A stretch of 63,685 nt of DNA, filler included, from Octopus bimaculoides (Eukaryota): assembly GCF_001194135.2 (NCBI RefSeq). It is 6 parts of 4 records of this genome, joined end to end, with 100 filler letters (N's around TTAATTAATTAA, not from the genome) between each part and the next. Parts side by side here need not be neighbours in the genome. Positions count along the whole stretch, not along the records: positions 19,255 to 35,475 come from NC_068986.1; positions 35,576 to 49,765 come from NC_068993.1; 4 more parts are not named here. One strand, 5' to 3'. Shown piece after piece: positions 25,169 to 36,338 of the stretch (position 1 is the first letter of the stretch; every line of letters starts with the position of its first letter). The notes under the pieces were generated by a model. That model did no database searches, had not been told where the DNA came from, and was given only the letters and a program-made list of their open reading frames with translations. The translations under genes were made by a program, and so were the position numbers.

Positions 25169-25363
25169 TTAACTCTGGTAAATATTTGTATCTGCTGTCG
25201 CTTTTTACCGAGCTGCTAAATTACGAGGACGTGAACAAACCAACGGCGTTTGTTATGCTGAGAGGAGATAAATAAAGGACAAATACGTTCACACACGTAT
25301 ACAACTCAGTTGAGTGTAATATACAGAATAACTGTTGATATTAACACAGCTTCTGGCGCTAAT

Positions 25364-26387
25364 GGGTAAAGGGTAAAAGAGCCCACTTCGGTTACGAATG
25401 ACTATGGGATTGCACCTACAAAATTCCCATCCGAGGCACAAGTCCAGGCAGTGAAATTTTTTAGTTCCGGACCCCAGTTATGAACTCATTTGCATACAGC
25501 TAATCAGAGCTCAACTATCAAACTAATTTATGAGTCCATAACAAGTGATACGGTCACTTGGGTAAGGAATGACCATGCTTCTTTTCTCTTTTAATCATGC
25601 TTGTTGTTCTTGTTCTTTACCCATAGCTGCCTCTACGTAGTTATTTGTATTGTTGTTGTTTACTTTGTAAAACAGTAAGGGGAGAAGGTTGCTAGCGCAT
25701 CATCCTGTACCCACATTTTTCCCATCCACATCTTTACCATATGGGGTCCTAACAAAATCCGATAATAGGTATAGATGCAATTCTATCTAATTACGTGTCT
25801 CCTTCTAAAATCAGGCATAACTTGACGATCGGTCGACTTACAACTCTGTTCTCTGTCTTGAATCTACTTGGTAGAGTGTGTTTGTTAACTTGACACGGTC
25901 AAGATGAACTCTGATTGGTTGTATGCAAATGAGTTCATAACTGGGGTCCGGAACTCTCGAGGGAAAAATTTCACGTCGTGGCATGGTTGTTTACGGAAGA
26001 CCAGCAGTCACCTATGCATACCAGTCTCCTCTTTTCGCACCATTATATGTACATAGGGTAAAGGGTAAAGATTCCCTTCGATCACAAATGACCACGAGAA
26101 AGTTCCCCTCCAAGGCACAAGTCCGGGCATGGTTGTTTATGGAAGACCAACAGTCACCCATACATACCAGCCTCCCTTCTCCACGCCACCGATGTTATCC
26201 AAGGGAAAGGCAAAGGCCGATACAACTTGGCGCCAGTGACGTTACAACACTCATTTTGACAGCTGAGTGAACTGGAGCAGCGCGAAATAAAGTATCTTGC
26301 TCAAAAACACAATGCTCAGCCCGGTCCGGTCCGGAAATCGAACTCACTACCTCATGATCGTGAGCCCGACGCTCTAACCACTAAGCC
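25364..26387 (-). mobile_element. Two tandem copies of tRNA-derived SINE family G with (TTTACC)n tail: full copy 26056-26387, partial copy 25364-26030 interrupted by a TIR element
   Basis: Reverse-complement head GGCTTAGTGGTTAGAGCG..GAGTTCGATTTCC (A/B boxes). Both copies share GGCACAAGTCC.GGCATGGTTGTTTA.GGAAGACC and GGGTAAAGGGTAAA. Confidence 0.8.
25451..25979. mobile_element. ~525-bp non-autonomous TIR element inserted into SINE G
   Basis: ~65-bp TIRs at 25451-25513 and 25905-25974 (GTGAAATTTTT..AGTTCCGGACCCCAGTTATGAACTCATTTGCATACA..AATCAGAG.TCA). Host GGCA is duplicated at 25447-25450 and 25980-25983. Confidence 0.85.
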
Positions 26388-28317
26388 TACTGGTTATTTG
26401 CGACACCAGTGTATGAAATGATGCAGAAATTCTATATATCGTAACAGCGAGATGTGACTGACATGCGGTCATACGTATATATATATATTTCTTCTTTTTA
26501 CAAAACACAAGATAATATCTTAAATTTGGTATATGGTGTGCTTATTAAATTACGAGATAATCTCAATGTGATGCAGTTAAAATCATGTTTTATGATTCAA
26601 ATATTAAAAAGCTAAATTATTTTAAGTTATGCAGTAAAAAAAAAATATCATAGGCTGGTTGTATTCATCGATAAATAATAGAAGATCACTTCCGACGTAC
26701 TTCACTCTGCTTGAAGTTTTAGTATACGAATCGTTAAGAAAAACATAGCAAATTATAGACATACGTATAATTGTGTGGTTCCAAACCTCTCTTTGCAACC
26801 ATGCAGTTTCGAGTTCACTCCCACTGCTCGGCATCTTGAGCAACTGTCTTCTCGTATTGCTTCGGGCTGGCCAATTCCTCGAAAGCGAATTTGGTAACTG
26901 TGCCTCAGTCCGTCGTGTGCGTATATTCTTTTATTCTTTTATTCTTTTATTTGTTTCAGTCATTAGACAGCAGCCATTCTGGCGCATCGATAATCCAGAG
27001 TTGACCATTTACCTGCATCTGCATGCGCAGCCCTGGTTAAGGAGGAATGGAAGCCAAGTAGGTACCCAAACATGCAATCCCGCCCCTCGCCTCTCCACAT
27101 GAGTGATGTTGTCCAAAGTAAAGGCTGCGGCATTTAGGGCCCGCATAACAAAGCACTAGTATCATCGCAAGCGTTGCAGTCAAAGCGCAAAGGGCTTGAA
27201 CAAATATCTTAAGGTATCACGCTGATACCCTAAAATTTCTGCCGGTCCATCACCCTAGATTGGTACCTTTCAGGTTTGGTGTATCTAACATGACCTTTCT
27301 TAAAATGTTAGGGTGCAATGGCATAGCTAGTGTGTGCGTGTGTGCCGCCCGTGATAGCCTTTGAGTTTCTCCCTTTCGTCAGCTCCCCCACTCTTCCACA
27401 GCAGACCCAAAAGTGTTGTGTCACCTGAGATGGACCTCTCCCTCGTCGTCCACCCACCTGCCCCAGTTACACTGCAGCAGGGATGTGATTTTGTCGATAA
27501 TTTAGTTGATGTTTCTAGCAAATCGAGTGACCACTTAGCAGCCGCATAGCGACTCCATCGTTTGACTCGTCATTTTTTTTATGCGAAGATCCATCAAGAC
27601 ATTGAACTAAGCGTGGTTAAAAGGCTGCTTTATAGTAAATAATGTTACTATATTCTTAATTAGTCTTGAAATTGTATATCTTATACATAGACTTAGGCAA
27701 AAGTAAGGCCGCGTCTTTGCAGTCACGTGATCATCTTCCATTCAAGTAATGAGAAAACCACGCCTACCAAACCGCCAAAATGAATTTTTTTGTTGTTTTG
27801 TTGGGAGGTGGTGGGTTTCCGTAATAATAGATTTGTATTGCCGAAATGGCTTCATATGTGTCTTAATGTCTGAGAAAGTTGTTGCTAATGAGATTACAAT
27901 TTTTAAACTATTAATCTCATCTATAGAAATGATATTAACAATCCGATGCATTGTAATCTCATTAGTTTTGATATCTGTTTTATTAGATACTTATTTTCTT
28001 CTGCCGACCTCTGGTCTTCATATATTAATTGTTCGTCTGACACAACACAATTTTCTTTTCCCGTCGTTACACCTCGTCGTTGAAAACCTTCAACAGGAGG
28101 GAGCCTCTCCGTAGCTCTTTCCGCCTGCTAGAAATAGCAACCGGATCTTCTTCAAATAACATCCTAACTTTTGAAATAAGCAAAGGAAATATTAAATAAT
28201 CTTTCAAGGCCGAATAATGATATATTACAGGCATGGACATACTAAACAGTTGTTCTAGGGATCCAGTGCTAATTTAGATAAGCTGTGGCAATCGTTAATA
28301 AATAAATAGATACTTTA

Positions 28318-28420
28318 GGTGCAAGCATGGCTGTGTGGTGAGGAGTTTGCTTCCCAACCACAAGGTTCCGGGTTCAGTCCAGTTCCGTGGCACTTTGGGC
28401 AGATGTTTTCTACTAAAGCT
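28318..28420 (+). mobile_element. SINE family B head
   Basis: GCATGGCTGTGTGGTGAGGAGTTTGCTTCCCAACCAC..GGGTTCAGTCC..GGCACTTTGGGCA; similar degraded heads at 26772-26876 and 29985-30120. Confidence 0.75.
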
Positions 28421-28466
28421 GTAAAAGAATAAAAGAATATAGGCCCCAGAGCGTTGTTATGTCTGC

Positions 28467-28578
28467 ATAGGCTCGAAACGTTAAAGACTTTCTCTATTCC
28501 CGAGCGTTAAACTAATACATCCATTTGTTGTTTACACTACCTGTCTTCCTCTGTTGTTTTTCGTAAATTCTCCCATAT
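28467..28578 (+). mobile_element. Repeat family D, 5'-truncated copy
   Basis: TAGGCTCGAAACGTTAAAGAC..TTCGTAAATTCTCCC then (AT)n; co-linear with the 30146 and 35252 copies. Confidence 0.85.
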
Positions 28579-30145
28579 ATATATATATATATATAGATAG
28601 ATAGATGGATAGATATATATATATCAGACATCTCGAAGCCATTCACCTGAAGGCATGCAGGTACACAGCTATTGTTGGATCATATTGATCCAAGAATGTA
28701 TATAATACGTGAAACACTCAGCAATTACCAGCTGATACTAATGCAACGAAACAATTGTAGTGATTTGGATTAAATCCGATCCATTCCATCTTTTTGTATA
28801 CATACATACATGTGTGTGTGTGCGTGTGTGTATTGTATGAATTCTGCGGATATTAACGCACTTCCACATGCATATCCGGTAAAAAAACGAATTCCTGTTG
28901 TATGATAGCATATGGCAGCTGATACCTCTGGAGGAGCTTTGCGAAATAAACGCTATAAGGTTATTACCCAGACGATTTTATATACACACACACGCACACA
29001 TACACACACTCATATTTATATATATATTCGTTAGGTAAGGGTGTCTGTTATACTTTTATTGTAAAATCTTCAGTTGCACATCACATTTCGAGTAATATCG
29101 ATTTTCAACATTTATTCATTTTCATGAAAATTATGACTCAAATAATACCTTACTCTGCGATTACTAAAATTCCATTGTCAGTTGTTTTTTTCCTATTGTG
29201 CTTTTGAATTATTGTACTGCAATAAAGATATGAAGATATGAATTTTATTTAATTTTTTTAAAGAGCTTTTTAAAGACATTTTTCATTTGAAATCTTAAAA
29301 TTTCGCCAGTCATCAACGAGAGGATTCACCTAAGTTATTTATGGAGCAGAGCAGAGAATCTCTTCGCACAAAAATCGTTGGAACCGCGCGTGGTAAATAC
29401 ATCACAGCAATCTTGTAGAAATGAGCAGCAAGTTCACAAACGCGTAGCAACGTCCAACGAAGCGTTACAATTAATTTTTTTGTTGATCAAATAAATTTCT
29501 TACTTTTAATTTTTGGGGGTTTTTTTTTTTTTTTCTCATTAGTACAACTAATAATTTTATGAATATTGATAGTTTACCGTAAAGTAATCCAGGAATTTTA
29601 TCATAAAAAAAAAAACTTGACTTAATCAACAAAATTTAGGCTGGAAAATGAAACGCTATAAGTAATACGCTAACCTCAACACGGTAAAGTATCAATATTA
29701 ATATTTATGAATGTTTTGCAACGCCTTAATAAAATTGCTACATTACCCCACGGTAAAATATCAATATCCATAAAATTAATAGGTATATCAACGAGAAAAA
29801 GGGGGGGGGGATTAATTTGATCAACGAAATTTATGTATTACGCTTGATGTACGCTGCTATGTCGTATACGTCATTGCAACTGGACGTTCAATGAGATTGC
29901 TGACTTGATGACAATGAATGAGTTTGAGAAGAAACTCGAGTCCAGAGATTTCTAATACAAAAAACAATAAAATAAATATGACATAGACGCAGGCATGGTT
30001 ATGCGGTAAAGAAGTTTACTTCCCAAACACATTGCTCCAAGTTCTGTCCTCCTACGTAGCACCTTCGGTAAATGTCTTCTATTACAGCTCCTTGTCAGTG
30101 GATTTGGTAGACGTATATCTATATATTCGCCATGATAGATCGCTG

Positions 30146-30332
30146 ACCACTACATTTATTTTTTTTTTCTCCTTGTTTCTCTCCTTATTTCTTTCTGTGT
30201 TCCTTTCAGTTGAAGAGCGTAGGCTCGAAACCTCAAAGACTTTCTCTATTCCCGAGCGTTAGACTAAAACATCCATTTGTTATTTACACCACCTGTCTTC
30301 GTCTGTTGTTTTTTTCGTAAATTCTCCCATAT
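30146..30332 (+). mobile_element. Repeat family D copy (hammerhead-like fold, cleavage triplet mutated)
   Basis: ACCACTACATTTAT..CTTTCAGTTGAAGAGCGTAGGCTCGAAACCTCAAAG..AAATTCTCCCATAT. Confidence 0.85.
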
Positions 30333-30567
30333 NNNNNNNNNNNNNNNNNNNNNNNNNNNNNNNNNNNNNNNNNNNNNNNNNNNNNNNNNNNNNNNNNNNN
30401 NNNNNNNNNNNNNNNNNNNNNNNNNNNNNNNNNNNNNNNNNNNNNNNNNNNNNNNNNNNNNNNNNNNNNNNNNNNNNNNNNNNNNNNNNNNNNNNNNNNN
30501 NNNNNNNNNNNNNNNNNNNNNNNNNNNNNNNNNNNTATGTATGTATGTATGTATGTATGTATGTATG

Positions 30568-30605
<38 letters not shown>

Positions 30606-30610
<5 letters not shown>

Positions 30611-30793
30611 GAGTGCTGAAAAGTTCCTGGTTGGGGGACCAACATTCCAAGTTTGTTTACAGGGCTTAGAAAAATCGAAAGGACCGCGGCAATAAGTGTG
30701 TGAATCCGAGAGAGGAATATGTTGAATAAAATTAACTGATCCTCCGGCATCTTATTTTACCCAAAACCAGGAACTTGTCAGCACCCATTCGTA
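30606..30793 (+). mobile_element. Mini-mariner: internally deleted derivative with both TIRs
   Basis: TIRs GTGCTGAAAAGTTCCTGGTT / AACCAGGAACTTGTCAGCAC..CGTA. The interior retains the last codons of a mariner transposase (..NKCVNPREEYVE*). Confidence 0.8.
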
Positions 30794-32695
30794 TAAATAT
30801 ATATACATTTATATAATATAAATATTTATCCAATATTTGCACCCTATTAGCTAGCTTTATCATGTGCTTCGAGATCCACTGTTAAAAAAAGTGAGAAGAA
30901 TTATCTCATCCTCGCAAAGTTTATAAATTCTTATGACGTCACGTGTGTGTGTGTGTGTGTATACATGTATACATAGACACATAACCGATATATGTTTGTT
31001 AATACATAAAAGACAGGAGACCTCAGTACTTGGTTGGTGCAGTTTAATATTATATAATGTACTGACGGAGATGAAGTTGTTTGCCTCATATGATAACTAT
31101 GGCACAGTTTCACGAAACGATTCTAAGCTCTACTAGTTGACTGTATGTATGTATGTATGTATGTATGTATTTTATGTATGTATGTATGTATGTATGTACG
31201 TATGTATGTATGTATGCATGCATGTNNNNNNNNNNNNNNNNNNNNNNNNNNNNNNNNNNNNNNNNNNNNNNNNNNNNNNNNNNNNNNNNNNNNNNNNNNN
31301 NNNNNNNNNNNNNNNNNNNNNNNNNNNNNNNNNNNNNNNNNNNNNNNNNNNNNNNNNNNNNNNNNNNNNNNNNNNNNNNNNNNNNNNNNNNNNNNNNNNN
31401 NNNNNNNNNNNNNNNNNNNNNNNNNNNNNNNNNNNNNNNNNNNNNNNNNNNNNNNNNNNNNNNNNNNNNNNNNNNNNNNNNNNNNNNNNNNNNNNNNNNN
31501 NNNNNNNNNNNNNNNNNNNNNNNNNNNNNNNNNNNNNNNNNNNNNNNNNNNNNNNNNNNNNNNNNNNNNNNNNNNNNNNNNNNNNNNNNNNNNNNNNNNN
31601 NNNNNNNNNNNNNNNNNNNNNNNNNNNNNNNNNNNNNNNNNNNNNNNNNNNNNNNNNNNNNNNNNNNNNNNNNNNNNNNNNNNNNNNNNNNNNNNNNNNN
31701 NNNNNNNNNNNNNNNNNNNNNNNNNNNNNNNNNNNNNNNNNNNNNNNNNNNNNNNNNNNNNNNNNNNNNNNNNNNNNNNNNNNNNNNNNNNNNNNNNNNN
31801 NNNNNNNNNNNNNNNNNNNNNNNNNNNNNNNNNNNNNNNNNNNNNNNNNNNNNNNNNNNNNNNNNNNNNNNNNNNNNNNNNNNNNNNNNNNNNNNNNNNN
31901 NNNNNNNNNACTTTCAATTATTTAAATTCTTCCTCTGAGGAAGAATTTGGTTTCTAACAAAGATACATAATTCTATTGCTGGAATTTTAAATAAAAAAAA
32001 CATTGTCACGTTTTAAACTCGAGAAAAGTTTTGCATATTTTTATCGTGCCACTTACAGATTGTATTTGGAATGTGCGAATTAGCTGAAGGATTTCTTCGT
32101 CTGAATATGTATGTATAGTGGAAGAAAAAAGGGGATTAAAGTAACCCATAGGAATACCTCAGTATGTAGTCCATGCGATTGAGATGAACCAGGCAAGGCA
32201 AACGGAATGACCGTTGAAGAGTGTGGAAATTCATGCGGTTTAAATGTATCTTGTGGCATGTATAAATTGAACAACTGAAGTCATTTACCAATTGATTGGT
32301 TGGTACATTAAACACAGCGATCAGATAAAGAATAAAGAGTTATGGGAAGAGAATGAACCCCTTTTAACTCCATTATTTGTCAGTGTACGTATGTGTGTGT
32401 GTGTGTATATATGTGTGTGTATACAAATATATATATATGTATGTTAATATATATACATATATATATATATGAGGTGTGTGCGTGTGTATAAGTGCGAACG
32501 CATGAAGCTCTCGTCCCTTGAGTCAGTCTGTTACTTCTGCCACATATTGATAAAACACACGCATACATATATATACATACATTTATATATACATATATAT
32601 ATATACATATACATGCATACATATATGATTACATACATAAATATGCATACATGCATATATATACATATATCTACAAGTATATACATATATATATG

Positions 32696-32758
<63 letters not shown>

Positions 32759-33017
32759 TATCGGGTTTTGTATAGAAGTGGAATAAGAAGGTAATTTATT
32801 CATGATTTATCGTTTTCGGGAAGAAACCAAAACGATTTATACGTCAATTGGAAACGAGGCTGCAAAAAATGAATTACACCAAAAACTTGCAGCCTCGCTA
32901 TCGCGTTATGATATTGGTTGCTTTTTCGTTGTTTAACTTCAAATCATTTCTGTTTGAGCAGGTTTTTTATATCAACAACGGCCCAGGCATAACGATACCT
33001 CCATTTTTTGTATAGAT

Positions 33018-33395
33018 AGGCGCAGGAGTGGCTGTGTGGTAAGTAGCTTGCTTACCAACCACATGGTGGCACCTTGGGCAAGTGTCTTCTACTATAGCCT
33101 CGGGCCGAACAAAGCCTTGTGAGTGGATTTGGTAGATGGAAACTGAAAGAAACCCGTCGTATATATGTATATATATATATGTGCGTGTGTGTCTGTGTTT
33201 GTCCCCCTAGCATTGCTTGACAACCGATGCTGGTGTGTTTATGTCCCCGTCACTTAGCGGTTCGGCAATAGAGACCGATAAAATAAGTACTAGGCTTACA
33301 AAGAATAAGTCCCGGGGTCGATTTGCTCGACTAAAGGTGGTGCACCAGCATGGCCGCAGTCAAATGACTGAAACAAGTAAAAGAGTAAAAGAGAT
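33018..33395 (+). mobile_element. SINE family B, near full length (tRNA head, CORE-like CCTTGGGCAAGT, internal (TA)/(TG) tract, AAAAGAG tail)
   Basis: Longest and least diverged copy in the window; the B-box segment present in the 28318 and 53176 copies is deleted here. Confidence 0.9.
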
Positions 33396-34408
33396 ACAAT
33401 TGCAATGTCCTATGAATCGCTGATCTTTTTTTTTTCTAAAGATAGTACGGTATGATTTGAGGTAGTTTGAGCTGTTAATTCTATCAAGGGCAAACACGTA
33501 GAGACTATCGTTGAGTCATAAAATTGTGATATTTCTATAACAATAAAATAATATAAAGGAGAGTAGTCTTTAGACACGAATCGTCCATCAGTATCTTGCT
33601 TTATTTAAAGTTGGTTTGAAGCAAAGCGGGTTGCTATCTGTAGCTCCTTTTTGTTCGTCAAATACATGTTTTTTCTTTAAGCCAGACAGCCAAATAATTA
33701 CTGGTACTTGTTTTTATTGACGCTAAGAGGTGACAACATTCTCAATGAATTTGAAGCAAGGAACGAAGACGTTATAAACATGACTGTGATTTGGCACGTT
33801 AAATTTTCATGATGTTACTCGATTAGTATTTTCCGTGTAAAACTAAAATAAATAAATGATGAATGAATAAATATATAAATAAAAATTAAAGAAAAATACA
33901 GAAAATATGAATAAAATAAAGAAAATATTTTTCGATCGTTAAACGGTTAATTTACATATGAAGCAGATCTGTTTGGTTCAATCACGTTACACTATGATAC
34001 TACTATATAATGTTTTAAGTTATTCATATTGGGAAACAAGAAAACAGGAAATAACCGCCATTTTGAAATTCAATTTAAAGTTTTATTGCAGGACTAAAAT
34101 TCATAAATATTTAATGTACATGGGGATTTATACATACACAACCAACGACAACCACACACATACACCTCCTACCGCCCCATATTTATGTGTGTATGTGTGC
34201 GGAAGTGTGTGTTTTAATAATAAATATAACACATATTCATAAATATTTTTATTTAGATACATATATATTTATATACACATGCATATATATATATATATAT
34301 ATATACGTATATTAATGTATTCGTATAAGTGTGTGTGTATGTATACATACAGATACACACACACACACACACACATATATTTATATATATATATACATAT
34401 ATACGCAG

Positions 34409-34453
<45 letters not shown>

Positions 34454-34657
34454 CACACAACATATGTATACATACATAGGTTTACACATATACTTATATA
34501 CATATGTATATATATATAGAGAGAGAGGGGAGAGAAGAGACAGAGAGGGAAAGAGAGGATGCAGATAGATATACATATACAGACATATATATACGTATAT
34601 GTATATACATTTGAATACATATATGCGCATGCATTTAATGAAGTGTATGTATGTGCA

Positions 34658-34700
<43 letters not shown>

Positions 34701-35251
34701 ATGTGTGTGTGCGCGTGTGTGTGTGTGCGTGTATTGTATGGGTGTATGCAAATATATATATATATATACATATATACATATGTACATATGTCTATGCACA
34801 TATACACACACATGTGTTGGGGGGGGACAGAGAAAGAGAGAAGAAGAAAGAGAAGAGGAGGGGAAAGCGGAGAAAGAAAGAAATAAAGGTTATCTGAGCG
34901 AATTATATACGAGATTCCGATTTGTATTTCGATACTCGCCAGAAATCTCTTGCTAATGCTTTTGCCTCTTACTGTCGGTTATGTTTAAGTATACTTCCAT
35001 TTATATACGTTTTATGGAGTTGAAGGTAAAGAATCAGGCGTCGAAGTGCTGTCTGAAAGGTAGGGCTATATATATTGACAGTCGTAATATTTTTACGACC
35101 TTTTTTAGCGCGACGCATGCGCAGAGATGAAATTTTCAAATGTTAACTTCTAAGTCAATGAAAAAGAGCGAAAATGCAAAGATGAGCCTCATGCGTCGAG
35201 TGTAAGAGTAGGAAAATCATGGCTTATAATAGATTTCACTAACCCCAGTGT

Positions 35252-35421
35252 ACCACTACATTTATATTCTTTTTCTCTCCTTGTTTCTTTCTGTGTTCCT
35301 TTCAGTTGAAGAGCGTAGGCTCGAAACGTTAAAGACATTCTCTATTCCTGAGCGTTATACTAATACATCCATTTGTTGTTTACACCACCTGTCTTCGTCT
35401 GTTGTTTTTTTCGTAAATTCT

Positions 35422-35422
<1 letters not shown>
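35252..35422 (+). mobile_element. Repeat family D copy with intact hammerhead-like fold
   Basis: Co-linear with 30146-30332; ends at a (CA)n(TA)n tract. Confidence 0.85.
35299..35334 (+). ncRNA. Variant minimal hammerhead-like motif with non-canonical core CAGUUGA
   Basis: CTTT|CAGTTGA|A|GAGC-GTAG-GCTC|GAAAC|GTT|AAAG: stems I (4 bp) and II (4 bp), GAAAC and a palindromic ACGT stem III are present; core positions 4 and 6 deviate from CUGANGA. Confidence 0.4.
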
Positions 35423-35475
<53 letters not shown>

Positions 35476-35575
35476 NNNNNNNNNNNNNNNNNNNNNNNNN
35501 NNNNNNNNNNNNNNNNNNNTTAATTAATTAANNNNNNNNNNNNNNNNNNNNNNNNNNNNNNNNNNNNNNNNNNNN

Positions 35576-35837
35576 AAAACAGAAACAATTCCTATCATAG
35601 TAGGTGCCTTAGGTATAATAAAAAAATATTCAGACAAATACATAACAAAAACACCAGGACTTACAAATATATATAACATACAGAAAATTGCACTACTGGG
35701 TACTGCACACATTCTACGCAAAACACTTTCAATACAGTAAACATAAGAGCACCACAGCAAACCACAGCACATACCCAAGGCGCACAGAGCTGCGCTCGGT
35801 AGTGAAGTGAAAGCACGTTATAAAAATAAAACTACTG
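35576..35837 (+). mobile_element. 3' end of a second R4/Dong-clade LINE; uninterrupted ORF tail 35576-35740, 3' UTR, (AAT)n tail
   Basis: KTETIPIIVGALGIIKKYSDKYITKTPGLTNIYNIQKIALLGTAHILRKTLSIQ* (VGALG; QKxALLGTxxILR motifs). The 5' side is cut by a join spacer. Confidence 0.88.
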
Positions 35838-35950
35838 AATAATAATAATAATGATAATAATAATAATGATGATTTCATTTGCCAGAGGGGCGAAGGATGA
35901 GGAGCACCATACAAAGACAGACAACAAATGTAGAGGTTTACATATAATGA

Positions 35951-36037
<87 letters not shown>
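35951..36037. repeat. Palindromic (AAT)n-(ATT)n microsatellite
   Basis: Repeat polarity flips at ~36007 with no spacer. Confidence 0.93.
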
Positions 36038-36038
<1 letters not shown>

Positions 36039-36149
36039 TTTGTTGAATCGATAAGACTGATTCCACAATGAACTCGGTACTCTAGCCTCACCACGGCACA
36101 ATTACTGAATCTCGTCGCGTGATGAAGGACATAAAGTACCTGTTTCTAA

Positions 36150-36338
36150 TTTAGGCTCATGACCCGCAATTTCATAAATAGGGTCTCGTCGAAAGAATCG
36201 ATTCCAATACTTGACTGGTAACCTGATTTTATCGACCTCTTGAGAGGCAAAGTTGGTTGTGGCGGGATTTGAACTCTGAATGTATAGAGCCAGAACAAAT
36301 ATCTATGCTCTAACATTTCTGCTATTTCACCGCCTCCA
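36150..36338 (-). mobile_element. SINE family A, diverged copy
   Basis: TTTTATCGACC..GGCAAAGTT..GGGATTTGAACTC. Further fragments: 37385-37520 (+), 42150-42310 (-), 48050-48130 (-), 49200-49260 (-). Confidence 0.7.

Noticed and set aside
27722-27731. GTCACGTGAT CLEAR/E-box element
   Set aside because: Single motif with no supporting TSS or gene; expected by chance at this window size.
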